Origin: Lytechinus pictus
Lineage: Eukaryota
Direction: 5' to 3'
Assembly (NCBI RefSeq): GCF_037042905.1
Contig: NC_087251.1
Location: forward strand, 13,518,001-13,582,000
DNA length: 64,000 nucleotides
In this document: one piece after another, positions 41,201 to 55,700 of the stretch
Layout: each line of letters opens with the position of its first letter
How positions within the stretch are numbered: position 1 is the stretch's first letter
Notes under the pieces: generated by a model
Database searches by the model: none
Told to the model about the DNA's origin: nothing
Seen by the model: only the letters and a program-made list of their open reading frames with translations
Translations under genes and position numbers: made by a program

Positions 41201-44200
41201 TGCGTCCTTCCAGTATGGCTACGAGTATCTGGGCTGCTCACTACGTCTGGTCATCACACCCTTGACTGACCGCTGCTACCTCACACTGACCGGTGCAATG
41301 CATATGCATCTTGGTGGGTCACCGGCTGGACCGGCTGGTACGGGTAAGACAGAGACAGTCAAGGATCTAGCCAAGGCTGTAGGGAAGCTGTGTCTGGTCT
41401 TCAACTGCTCAGAGGGCTTAGATTATAAGGTGACATGATCTTGTTGTTTTCTGAAAAGAGTATTTTTGTTATTCCTGTGCTACATTTTGGTTGTGGTACC
41501 TTTCAAAATGGATTAACGTAATATTCTATATTGATATTTAAACAATTAGAAAGATTTGTATATAGCACTACTAGTTTATAAATGTCGCACATTACAATTG
41601 TCATTATTTCATCAAAAGAATGTTTTTAATAAGGTGAGTGAATTTATTTCAATGTGAAAAAAAATTGATTTAGCATTTGGATTTGAATGATATATCTTTT
41701 TATTGATATACATTTTTTTTTAAATGACTATTATACTGATAATTACTCAAAGTGGTTAAAACACATATTGAATTTTTCGTTTTCATACAGCATTGATTAA
41801 TACAATTTATTATCATTCACAGATGATGGGCAAGTTCTTCTCAGGTCTATCTCAGTCTGGTAGTTGGTGTTGCTTTGATGAATTCAACAGAATTGATGTT
41901 GAGGTACTCTCTGTCATTGCTCAACAACTTCACAGCATCAAGACTGCTAAAGATGCTAATGCCCTCAGGTAAGAACTTGAGTGACCCCCATCCCTTCCCC
42001 TGAACAGACTTTCACAGATTAAAAGGAGCAGTCAGCATTACCTCTGTCAGTCTTTTCATCCCCAAATAGGCTTCCATGCAACAAGTTGAAAAATATTGGA
42101 CAATTAAATAATAATTTTCTTTAGCGTGTGTAGATTCTTCGTGCTAAAATATATTACAATCTTTATCAGAGTTTGTAGGTTAAAGCTTGCAGCTCATTTT
42201 AAATGCAGATTGGTTTCTGTGAGATATCCTGGAAATTATGGAAATATTTTACTAAATTAAAGGGTGTAGATTAATCATTGTAAAATGATGGTTTGTTCAA
42301 AATATGAGTCTTTATGCATACTTAAGATGAATGCTCATTGTATAAGTGTAATGAACTCAGTTCCATAAGTTGAAAAAAAAAACTGTAATGATTTCTGGGC
42401 TGTAGGAAAATAATTATAGAATACAGGTCAAGTTCTAATTTAGTCTCATGGATAAATACCTGGGCAAACACAATTTAGAAAGTTTTCTACTTCTCAGAAT
42501 GATGTTTAGAGATGTATCAGATCGTAATAAAATAATCTAATGTTCATGATTTATTACAGGTTTATGTTTGAAGGTCGTGACATCAGGCTCAATCCAACAT
42601 GTGGAGTCTTCATTACCATGAACCCAACGTAAGCATTGTCTCTTTCATTTGTCTTCTGATTTTGATTTTTTAAATCATTTCCAACTCAAATACAATAAAA
42701 TTGCATGGATTTCTTTGCTTGTGCTGGATTTCTGGCAAGCACTACATTATTGATGTGCTAGTTTTATATTTTGCAAAACAACTTGATATCCTTCGATAGG
42801 TATGCTGGACGTGTGGAGCTTCCCGACAATCTGAAATCCCTCTTCCGTCCTGTATCTATGATGGTACCTGATTACGCCCTCATTGCTGAGATCATGTTAT
42901 TCTCTGAGGGTTTCACCTCCGCCAGGTCACTCTCCAACAAGATAGTCAATCTCTATCAGCTTGCCAGTAAACAGCTCTCTCAACAGGTCAGTATTAACCT
43001 TTTGTTTTCTAGAACCAGATTGTCCCCGTACAAAAGCTTGGTGACAAGCGGTCTATTCTATTTTATTTCTTGACTAAGACTAAGGTTAGGATGATTTAAC
43101 ACATAGTTGTACTATTTTCTTAATGATATATTTCGACGTAATCCAACTTAACAGCCATCAAACGTTCATACATTTATCTATGAGTAAATAACATATGCCA
43201 AATGATGGAGGTAGAAATTAGCAATAGGCAAAACAAGCAAGATATTCTTTCATTATATGGGTCTCTTTTATGATTTAACACATTTCCATATTGGCATTTC
43301 TAACCTATTTAAAAAATCTTTTTGAAATTATTTCATAATGTCTTGATTTCTTAAGAACTTCTTGAAGAACTTAATATTATAACCTTAAAAATTCTACATT
43401 TAATTTAATAGATATTTTTCTGCCATTACTCCATAATATTTTATATAGTATTTAGTGATAATATATTCCGTGATAAAAACATAATTGAATAATTCAAAGT
43501 TTTACAATTTGTTTTATATTTCACAAAAATGTTGCATATTTCTACGAACTTTTGTCTTTTATAGGATCATTATGATTTTGGTATGAGAGCTATCAAGTCT
43601 GTTCTGGTTATGGCTGGACAAAGAAAAAGAAAGGCTCAGATGGAGTAAGTATATTTTACCAAAATATTGATGTAAATCAATTGTAAATGATTATAACTTT
43701 ATTCAGTGACATTTTCATGAGCTAACAACCTGCCTTACTCTTAAGTGATCTGTGTTTAATTATAAGAAGACTAATACAACTGATCAAATTCAAATTTCTG
43801 TTATTGTTTGTCACTTGCGTGAATTGAACATAATTCAAATATTTAGAAAAAATTATTTCATAAGTAACCTCTGTAATGAAATTATATATATTTACTGATG
43901 AAATTAATTCTGTTGCCAATATGATACCTTTTATAATTACAGGTCCGCGGAATCGAAACCTGTTAGTGAGCTAGAGGAAGCCTTCATTCTTATCCATGCT
44001 CTGAGGGATGCTAACATGCCCAAGTTCTTGGCTGAAGATGTACCCCTCTTTGAGAATATCTTAGCTGATCTTTTCCCAGGAATTGACCCACCGCAACCAG
44101 ACTATGGGGTTTTAGAGGTAAGTGCAGTCAAAGAGTTACATTGGATATTTCATGGTCTAGTTGTTATGACATCATTGTCCATTAAAAAAAGAAAAACTTG

Positions 44201-47200
44201 AGAATAGAATATCCATCAGATAGTAATATTGCCACCAAGGTAATAAAACCATGTGAATCAAAATTGGGAAAAATAATTTCTTTATGACTACTTAATCTCA
44301 GATGATCCGCAAAATGTCAGCTTTCTACTTTAAATAAGGCAGCCACTACATGTTTGTCATTGGAAAGGAAATATATCCCATTGGATACAAGGACATGGCA
44401 GTCCTGTAACATACAACTCTGTTTGTGATTTGCTTGTACTGATCAACTACTAAACTTTGTATAGCGGGGCCCCAGAATGATTCACATCAGATTCAGGGTT
44501 TTATCGCCCCAGTAGAGATATGTTTGTCCCATCTACTTATAATTCCTACTTTGTAATGCTCTCTGCATACAATAAAGTTATTCCTGATTCCAAATCAGAA
44601 TCTGGTAATCCATTTTAAAGTGAAATGTGTTTATAAAGACCACCCGAGAGAGTCAAGAACAAGAGTCTTCATGAGCAGGTAGTCTCTTTGGACAAGATCC
44701 TGTCATACAGATGTCATTCAATAGCAAATACTATTTAAGGGAAACCCAAATTAATAAGTCTTTCTAGGCAGGTGTTCTTCTGTACAGGTTGTTCATATGG
44801 CAGGTTTGACTGTATTTTGTTTTTGTAGCATTTTTATCCACCCTATCCAATCTAGTCAGGTAGTTTTTGTTGTCATTTTCTCCTCTAACCGCTATCATCA
44901 TTAACTCCCTCACAGAAAGCAATCTCCATGGCCATACGTGACCTGACCTTGCAGCACTGGCCCAGTCAGATAGAGCATGTCAAGCAACTCCATTCCCAGA
45001 TTCTTGTCCGTCATGGGGTCATGTTGGTAGGACCATCAGGCGGTGGGAAGACATCAGTCAGGAGCATCCTACAGAGGGCGCTGGTTGTTTTACCCACAAT
45101 TCACATGGAAGAGGGCAACGAGAAGGGCAAAACTATCATGGTGGGTCAACTTCAACATTTTACTCAGATTATGTTTAGAAGACGTGATATTGAGTCGTCT
45201 ACCTTTGTTTTCACTTAGCTGTGTCTTTAAGTTGAACTACATTTTGGGGATCCCTTGCCTTCCTGAGACATAAAAAGTTAAAATGATATCATTGCCATTT
45301 ACATGCACATGCAGATATCATTTTAATGCAATCACCATTCGATCCTTTTATCTAGAAAACCTATGGCAAGAAGGGGCGAGTGGACACGTTCACACTCAAC
45401 CCTAAGTGCGTTAAGATGGGTGAGCTTTACGGTCAGACTGACCCCAACACCCTGGAGTGGACAGATGGTCTCCTTGCCTCAGCTGTCAGGAAGTTCTCCA
45501 GAGAGAATGCCAGTCATCACCTAGGAGGGGAGGATGACAGTAGACCAGGAACTAATATCAGTGGGACTACTAGGGATATGGAGTCTATGTCAGGGGTAAG
45601 ATAGAGTATTGATTATGTTGTTGCCTTGTAATCCATTAAATATTTTTACAATTTTATTTGTTTGCTGGACAAATCGTGGAACAATGCACCTTTTGCAAAC
45701 ATGTTCTCATTTTATACATGTGATTTGGTGTTGTTTAGGATTACAATGTTATAATCTCCTTACATTGATGAAATCCATTGTACCATCCCCTTCCAGATGA
45801 CCACTCCAAGATCAGCCTCCCGAGGCCCATCCCCCGGAGGCACCTCCTACCCACCATCCACCTCCGCCTCCCAGTCCATCGTCATGGACTCCACCACTGG
45901 TGGGGACAGCATCCGACCAGTGACAGAGGACCGCAGTGAGAAGATGGGTCATGGTGCCGGTGAGCAGACACCCAATGACTGGCAGTGGCTTGTTCTTGAT
46001 GGCCCAGTGGATACTCTGTGGGTGGAGAACCTCAACACGGCCCTGGATGATAGTAAGCTTCTTTGTCTGGCCAATGGAGAGAGAATCAGCTTGACCCCTG
46101 GGATGAGGCTGCTGTTTGAGGTGGACAATCTCTCCCAAGCCAGTCCAGCCACTATCAGTAGATGTGCTATGGTCTATTTGGTGAGTTTTGGCTTTCATCA
46201 TTATAGCTGTCTCATTCATGTTGTTCCAGCAAATCTTAGATATTTCTTCCATATTATTTTTTAATACTATCTTATATTGTTATTTATCTCACATTGATAA
46301 AGTTTTGTTTTCCTTTTCTGAAATATTGAAAGTAGACCAATTACTTATGCAATATCCTCACCCCAACAGCTCCATTGAACAAAGTGCATAATGTGATATT
46401 TATTCGAAACTATTCTCAATTTCATTTCAATTTTTATTTTTGCTCCTTTATAGGATGACTACTGTATGAAGCATTATATTCTTATTAAACATTTATGTAC
46501 ACTTAACATTGTGTATTATTGCAGGACCCAGTTGATCTTGGATGGAGACCTTCTGTGAAGACATGGATTTCAAAGTTATCCAAGGATGTAAGTATTGATG
46601 CTGTTTGATGCTGTCAACATGTATAATTGTAGAGACCACTCAAGGGAGACAAGAAAGAGGTCTTTTCTTTTTGAAGAGGTGGTTATAAAAGGCAAGCTTG
46701 ATTGTAGGTTTTAGCTGTATATCTTTTCTGGTTATCATATTTAGCTTTGAAAACGTTTCTTTGTGTGAAGAAATTTCAATCCATAAAATGCAAGGGCACA
46801 GATTTTGAACTTGTTCATAAATATTCTGTAAACAGACAATTTTTCTTCCATTGATGTAACCCTCATATTGCTACATGTACATTGCGCTTCATTTTGATAC
46901 TTTTTCTATAGCTCAATACTTCTCAGCAAATTAAATCCTTGTAAAATATAAGGGAAAGTAAAAAAAAGTATTGAGAGTGTCCATTTGTAGGTTCTTCTCT
47001 AATAGATTATCTTTCAACTCCTTCTGTGTATACAGATACCTGATAGTGGGAAGCAGCATCTGCAGGCTCTGTTTGACAAGAGTCTTGATAAGGGCTTAGA
47101 GTTTGTCCAGGAGTACAAGGGTCACCAGCATGTACCAGCCTCACAGACAAGCATGGTCAACACCCTGTGCAACCTTCTTGGTGCATTCCTTGACTTCCTA

Positions 47201-49759
47201 GGCAAGAATGGCGGCTTTGGAAACCCTGGTGAGTTAAAAATCAATCAGTTGCCCCTGTGTGGGTTTATCCTTAGATCTTAAGTTAGATAGCAACCTTGCT
47301 ATATGAGGTTATGTGCAGAACTTACCGATCTCTATGTCAATACTCATAAAAATTATTCCACTTTGGGTGATTGAAAAAACCTGTTACGCACTAATTGTGG
47401 CAATTGGTTTCCACATGAAAGCTGCAGACACTTGATATATGATATGGTTAGGGACTGAAATAGATATATTGCGATGTAGAGAACAAATTGCAATCTACAA
47501 GTATTGTTAAGTATATGTTGTCTTATTTCTTTATTAGATGAAGAGAGACCATCCAGTGGTGAGAGTCTTCTGTCTAGTCATTCTGGTCGATCATCTAGAT
47601 CTGGTACCAGGAGAGGTTCCAGGAAGATTAAAGAGAAACCAAAGACCCAGGCTAACAAGGGGAAGTAAGTCATATCATATCTTTCCTGTTGGAGAGAGCA
47701 TTTTGTCTAGTGACTCAGTTCAATCTGGATCTCGAACCAGAAGAGGTTCCAGAAAGATTAAAGAGATACCAAGTTCCAAACTAGTTATTCAAGCATTGGA
47801 CTTTTGTTGATTTTAGATGATTTTCTTAGATTTTTTTTCATTAATTGTATGTGACATACATGTACTTGATGGTATCAAGTTGGTGTTTCCCTGAATAAAC
47901 CACCTCTCCACCTTCTGAAGTAGATTAATTCAGTTCTTTGAATGACTTTATTGTTTGCCTTTTCTTTTCCCTACCAGCACCAAAGAATGGTACCTCCAGA
48001 AGTACCCAGACCAGCTTCTCAACATGCTTGGCAAGATCTTTGTCTTCTGTTATGTCTGGTCCATTGGTGGTGTCCTTAGGAGAGAAGATGATAGTGATGA
48101 TGATGGGGGTATCTCCATTGGACCAACAACAGGTGGTGGAGGAGGAGCAGGAGGAGGAGGGAAGAAGACTGAGCTAGTGGAGCTTAACATCTCATATGAA
48201 TTTGATGGCTTTGTGCATGACATGTTTGATACCGAGCCACCATTAGGTGAGTCTGTTTGTAACTCAGTTCATACTATATGATAGGGAAATGTTTTCCTGG
48301 TAGTCTGTTACTGATGAGTGCTATAGATATCTGAGATGGAGGAACTTCCAAATTCTTTGTTCATTTTAACAGAGATTTATGTGTTTGAATGCAGACAATG
48401 TTGCACAGTAGTTGGTGGTGCAACATTTGCTCTAGAGACAATTGCTTAAGCCAAAATTTCTCGGAAGACCATTTATTAGACAGAGTTGAAATAAGGTCTT
48501 TGGGTTAAAACTAAATGAGGATAAGGTAAGGTTTATGTTGTAGTTTAGGGTCTATATTTTGGTAATTGTGTACATTTTTCAAAGGATCAATCATCATCAT
48601 CAAAGCAGACATTCTAGACTCCAGAGGTCACCTCTCTACATGTATGTACGGAAGATTTATTCTTCAGAAAATCATATAAAGTGTAATGTGACTGATGAGG
48701 AAAAAATGTACTCTCAAGCTTTAAATTCAGGGTCCTGCCTTACAAAGAATTGTGACTGATCAAGTCTATCTATAGCATGAAAAAGCAGTGTCCGTACCAT
48801 CAGATATTCTGTTTGATATTGCAATTATTGGCAAATCTTCCTGATATATGGCTGAGGTCAAAATGTTAGCAGATTTTGATATTAAACTCCTTTGATAAAG
48901 GTGAAAGCTGCTTGTAACTTATCAATAAGCAGTTAACTCTCTATGCAACTTGTGTATGATTGTCAAAATCTTAAGAAAAGCAAAGTGATCTTTTCAAGAA
49001 AGTGGACTTTGAATCTAAGGTTTTCTTTTTTGCATGTTCAATTCAAACATTATCATGAGGAAATCCGAAAAGGACAATGGGTTTATATCAAAGATTAAAG
49101 CACATTTTTTTATAAAGGAATTGACAAGCATTACCATAAGTACATGGTAATTGTAGAATTATGTTTAAAATTATGATTTGGTTTTATTCCTCTCTAGGAG
49201 TGCGACTACCCTCTGGTAGCAGAACCATCTTCCATTATTTTGTGAACCTTGAGAGTGGTAAGTTTGTTCCTTGGGATGAGCTGGTACCAAGCACAAAGTC
49301 ACTCATCGATAAGGGTGTTGTCCATGTCTCTCTAGGAGAACAGCTGGGAGTTACCAACCAAATGAGCAAAGAGGTAAGGTAGAGATGATATGATGATTGT
49401 GATGATGATGATGATGAATATGATGGTGATGCTGATATGGTTGTTATGATGATGATGATGTTGTGATGGCGATGGTGATAATGTTGATAGTTATGCTAAT
49501 ATAGTTATAATGATAATAATGGTTATGACAATGATGATTATGATGATGATGGTGATGGTGATGATGATGACGATGGTCATGATGATGATAATGATTGTGA
49601 TGATGATGATGTTGATAGTTTTGATGATGATGATGATGATGTGACAATGATAGTGATAATGTTGATGGTTATGCTAATATAGTTATAATGATGATGGCTA
49701 TGATAACAATGGTTATGATGAAGATGATGATCATGATGACGATAGTTATGGTTTTGATC

Positions 49760-49791
<32 letters not shown>

Positions 49792-52700
49792 AAGTCTTAG
49801 TGAAAGAAATTAAGTAATACGTTCATGATCTTTGAAAATCAAATTAATGTCTTTTCCTGTAGGCATCCCTTGAAGATGGTGGTCAGGTTCCCACAGTAGA
49901 TACCATCAGGTATTCATTCCTAACAAGCCTGCTCCTACTCAACAAGAAGCCTGTTCTACTCACTGGTTAGTCATTCCCTTCTTGATATCTTCTTAGCTTT
50001 AGGGCGGGCACCTTGACCATTCTTAGCTAAGTTTAGCCATGTCTTGTAGAAGGAAGTGCACTCGATATATTTTCTCTGGTTTTTGTCTCACCTGCATAGC
50101 AGAGTGAGACTATAGGCGCCGCTTTTCCGACGGCGGCGGCGACGGCGGCGGCGGCGGCGGCGTCAACACCAAATCTTAACCTGAGGTTAAGTTTTTGAAA
50201 TGACAGCATAACTTAGAAAGTATATGGACCTAGTTCATGAAACTTGGCCATAAGGTTAATCAAGTATTACTGAACATCCTGCCTGAGTTTCATGTCACAT
50301 GACCAAGGTCAAAGGTCATTTAGGGTCAATGAACTTAGACCATGTTGGGGGAATCAACATCAAAATCTTAACCTAAGGTTAAGTTTTTGAAATGTCATCA
50401 TAACTTAGAAAATATATGGACCTAGTTCATGAAACTTATACATAAGGTTAATCAAGTATCACTGAACATCCTGCATGAGTTTCACGTCACATGACCAAGG
50501 TCAAAGGTCATTTAGGGTCAATGAACTTTGGCCGAATTGGGGTTATCTGTTGAATTACCATCATAACTTTGAAAGTTTATGGATCTGATTCATGAAACTT
50601 GGACATAATAGTAATCAAGTATTACTGAACATCCTGTGCAAGTTTCAGGTCACATGATCAAGGTCAAAGGTCATTTAGGGTCAATGAACTTTGGCCAAAT
50701 TGGGGTATTTGTTGAATTACAGCCATAAATTTGAAAGTGTGTTGGTCTAGTTCATAAAATTTGGACATAATAGTAATCAAGTATCACTGAACATCCTGTG
50801 CAAGTTTCAGGTCACATGATCAAGGTCAAAGGTCATGTAAGGTCAAAGAACTTTGGCCACGTTGGGGGTATTTGTTGAATTGCCATCATATCTCTATAAG
50901 TGTATTGGTCTAGTTCATAAAACGTGGAAATAAGAGTAACCAAGTATCACTGAACATCTTGTGCGAGTTATAGTAGTTTTCAAAATCAGCACTGCTGCTA
51001 TATTGAATCGCGTGATGCAGGTGAGACGGCCAGAGGCATTCCACTTGTTGAATCTATAAACAAAACAATAGGGAATTGGGGAAGCTGTTCTGAAATACTG
51101 CATGCAGAAAAGCCCTTGATATGGATGCAAATTTTGCTAAGGTACCTGGTAAAAATCCCTTCTGTTGACTATTAGCAGGATTTCAGAGTTGCTTTCCTGA
51201 TCCAAAAATATAATGATAAGAAGGGAACAGACAGTGGGAAGGATTTCTATTGAAAGACATAATCAGCCAAAAGTGGCTTGGACTTTAGTTAAAGTTTCTG
51301 ATAAAAGCTAATTAATTTATGTAGCACAGCAGTGATAGTTATTCACTACACTGTGGTGAATGTAATATATCATAAAACAACCCTGGCTGATGTCAAGTTG
51401 CCATCAAAATGCTGCCGAACATCCAAAGAAAATATTTTCACTGGTTTAGTGGTTATCCATTTATCCCACAAGGTAAATCACATTCAGAGACTGAATTGAA
51501 ATTATATTGCATTAAAATGAGCAAAAAAAATAAAAGCTTACATAGAGAACACATTGATTATACTTACTAAAAAAATAGATAGAATGTCTTCAATAACAAA
51601 TTATTAATCTTTTGGGGTCAATACAAGCATTATAAAGATAGTCCATCTTCTGTCTGTCCAAACTTTTACTTTTTTTGATAACTTAAAAACTTTGTAATTG
51701 ACCCACATTGACTTGGTTCATGTATGCACAAAAGAGAAGCATTGAGTTTTTGAAGTATCAACATCAAAGTTCAAGTGTCCTTGTGGATATTGAATACAGA
51801 AAGGTATGTATTTCATTCTCAAGAAAATTATTTGAGAACTATTTGAACCATTTCGACCATTTTCTCTTTGCAGGTGATTCTGGGGTGGGCAAGTCGGCCC
51901 TAATAAGCCACATGCTCAAGCGACTATGCAAGGACAAAGGCACCACCACAGAACATGGCTCCATCTTGGGTGAGGTGCTTAACTACAGCGATAGAGGAAC
52001 CAACATCTTATCAAACATATCGGCTCTCACCTCAAGTGTACTCAATGAAGAGGGCATGGATGCAGGTAATGTACATAAAACTAAATACATTCATTGTCAT
52101 CAATGGCTCAAGTCTCATAGAAAGAGTACTGACTAAAATTGCAGTTCAAGCTAAACCTGAGGGTAATCATAGTAATAAACAAAATTTTGCATCAAAATGT
52201 CTCCAATAAAGATAGTATTGTGTGAAAGCTTTTTATGAATATTGTTACTACTTTTATTCATTTTGTTTGTGCTGAACTTTGCCTTATCTTTCTGTGTCTA
52301 TAATGGGAGGTGGAGCCATGGACTTGACTTTTATGACAGGTCAGGTTAAGAAGCAAGTCACAGGATTGGTCAGTACCACCCTCCAGCTGAGTGCCCAGAC
52401 CTCTCCGGCAAGAGTGACCACTCAGATTCAACATAAGCTGATCAAGAAGGGCAAAGAAACCATGGTTGGGCCAAGAGGCAAGAAGGTCAGTCTAGTTGAG
52501 GTTTTTTGTGTTGCTTGGTAATTGATTTGGTTAATGTATCAGTTAAGTTCTGATAGAATATTCCATGATATTTGCTCCAACAAAAAATTATGCACTTTTA
52601 GCAATACTTACCCTTACCAAAATCCTAACTGGCACCTTAACCCCAAGCCTATATGTTATCAGAGAAATTAGTTAAGAAATTGTTGCAGGGGAAAATACCA

Positions 52701-55700
52701 GGTCACTGTAAAACTGTGTCTATAATAATTGGATGAAGGTTGGATAGATTTAAAAAAAAAAATTGAGGGTGAATGTTGTATGGCTCTGTGCTTATGAAAT
52801 TTATTGAGATACATGAATGCATGCTCTTGGTAATACGATCACTAACTTAACCCTACTGTTCCCCTCCAGGTTGTGGTGTTTGTTGATGACCTCAACTTAC
52901 CTGCCCCCGAGCAGTATGGAGCTCAACCTCCTCTGGAGCTACTTAGACAGTTCATGGAGCTACGAGGGTTCTATGACACCACTAAGTTAGCTTGGAAGGT
53001 AATATTACTCTTCTATTCATATAAAGTAGTATTTTTTCTTTGATCGTAGCGTTTTTTATGTAAGGATATTGTACCAATGATTGGGTAATTCTACATAATC
53101 TTGAGTTGTTTTTATTCATAAAATGGCCATATTCAGAAGTGGCTTTAGCAATGTTGGTAATGTCAGACCCTCAAATTGGCAATCTTTGACCGAATTTCTG
53201 CTTTGATATGCCATACATCAAGCCAGATTGCTGACGAGCTTACAATTGAGATAGAATGATGAGTTGCAATTCTATATTTTCAGTGTTTTTTTCCTTTCAG
53301 AATATCTTGGATGTTACTCTTGTTGCAGCCTGTGCTCCAATTGGAGGAGGGCGTAATCCACTAAGTCCAAGATTGCTTAAACATTTCTGGTAAGTTTGAG
53401 TTGCTTTGCACCTCTGTTTTATATGATTCTTGATAATGTAATGAGGGAAAAAAAAACATCAGCTGAATAAATTTTCAAGTACATCACTTGTCTATCGCAT
53501 GATTATTTTCAAAGGCAGTACCTGTGAAGCTGTTAATGAAATGTATGAAAAAGCAGATTGTAATTGCACACAGTACTAGATCTGTTGAAAACACCATGTA
53601 AAATAGGCTGTCTGAAAAATGTGTGCATCTCCTTGTGGTTCAATCTCACGATTGATATTTTGACAGTAAGTACCGTAAAAAAGTAGTCGATTTTAACATA
53701 TTCAACTGATTTGTAAGATCCGTTATCAGTGTTCTATAATTAAATTCAAACCATTTTTTACAGCATGCTTGCCTTGCCTCAGCCATCCACCCGCTCTCTC
53801 CAGCACATCTACCAGGTCCAGTTAGGTCGTTTCTTGGAGAATGGGGACTTCTTACCGGATGTCAAAGAACTCCTGAACCCTCTGGTTTCTGCATCCATTG
53901 CCATCTACTACAAGATGTGTGTTAACATCCTACCAACACCAGCAAAGTCTCATTACACCTTCAACTTGAGAGATTTATCCAAGGTAAATGCAAGGAATTT
54001 GGTGAATGAATGATGTTGATGTTGAGAGCACAAAGTGGTCTGACTAACTGGGTTTGCTGATATGATACAATTCACATTATTGATAGATCAACATCTAGTG
54101 GCATCAGTTCCAGCGTTAGCCTCTTTTGGTGCTGTGGCTGATGTAAATTTTGACCTAACATTTAACACCAGATGTCTATCAACATAATAAATAGGGGTCA
54201 CCTAGTGACATGAACTCCAGCACAAGCCTAATTACATAGTTTGGTGTTCTTGTTGGTTTAAAAATTGCCTTACACTAGCACCAGATGTAAACGCCGACTT
54301 TGAAATCACCTAGTGATATCAATCCCAGTACCAGCCTCATTTTTATCACATTGTTGTGACTGGTGTAAAAATTGTCGCAACACATATATCTGATGTCAAC
54401 AATAAACTTGAAATCACCCATTTTATCTGCCCAAGTAGAACAGTAGTACAGGAACATGAAAACAAATTATGAAAAAAAATGCTCTTAACCCTATTTAGAA
54501 ATGTTCAATATGTGTGATATGCATTGATAATGTCCCATGACTCGTTTGCAGGTAATCCTGGGCCTACTGTTAGCCAATGAAACCACAGTCACCTCCACAG
54601 AGTCAGCAGCTCAGCTCCTAGCCCACGAGGCTATGAGGGTCTTCCATGACAGACTGGTTGATGACAACGATCGGATGAAGTTCTTTGAGTTCTTGGCAGA
54701 CGATTTGCACAACTATTTCAAGGTTGGTTCAGCTCTCTATCAAACCTAACTACTATGAAAACTTTGGCTTAATTTTAGGAGGAGGAAGGAAGGGAGAAGA
54801 GTGAGGGGTAGGGGAAGGAAGGAGAAGGGGGAAGATGATGAAAAGGAGGAGAGGGAGAGGAAGGGGAGAGAGGGGGAAGGGGAGAGAGAGAGGGGAATGG
54901 GAGTGTGAGGGGAAAGGATGAGGGGAGGAGAAGGAGGAGTAAAAGAAAGAACCCTCTGGGAAAGGGAGGATAAGGAGGAGATGGAGGACAAGAAGAAGAA
55001 GGAGGAGAAAGAGAGTGAGGCAGAGAAGGAGGATAAAAATGTTAAGTGGTAGAAGGAGTGTGTGTTTTGAAAAACCTATAACATGAAGTCTACGTTGCTT
55101 CACTGGCTCGTTCTGAAGCCAATACAATGTACACAACGTAGTGCATAATACTATCTAAATTGCCTGTATGATTTGTAGGTAAAGTGGTCAGCAGAGAAAC
55201 TTCGGGACGAGCCATTCCTGTTTGGTGATTTCTTGGACCTGAATGCCCCTTCTGCAGAGCGTATCTACAGACCAATTAATGACTATGGTAAACTAGCCAG
55301 CATCCTAGAAGAATTCCTTGTCCGCATCAATTACTCAGGAGGACAGGTAAGTAGCTGTTTCTCATTCTTTAACTTTGGTATACTCAGAGTAATAACTCTT
55401 GCTATTCACCATATAATTCCCTTCATCATTATCATTAAAAGGAAATTCCCACTGAAAGAAATCATTATTGATCCATATATGAGCATGCACACTGCTTGTT
55501 TGTGCTGCCAGGATGTTCCACCAATCTCAAAGAAACTCACCTGATCTTTTGTTCTTCAAATGGATCTATGACAGTTTTTTGTTTCCAAAATCTTAACTTA
55601 TCATTAATTCTTTCATGAACAAGGCTAGAGCTAATAATCACTGCATATTTCTCCATTTTATCTCCAGTTGGTCTTCTTCAGAGAGGCTCTTGAGCACATT

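Noticed and set aside
45812..46252. 146-aa antisense ORF (also 11083-11403 and 56994-57338)
   Set aside because: Shadows of dynein exons with no independent signal.
49444..49647. Poly-His ORF
   Set aside because: Reverse translation of (GAT)n.
54746..55136. Pro/Ser/Leu-rich minus-strand ORFs (also 28410-28789)
   Set aside because: GA-rich low-complexity tracts.
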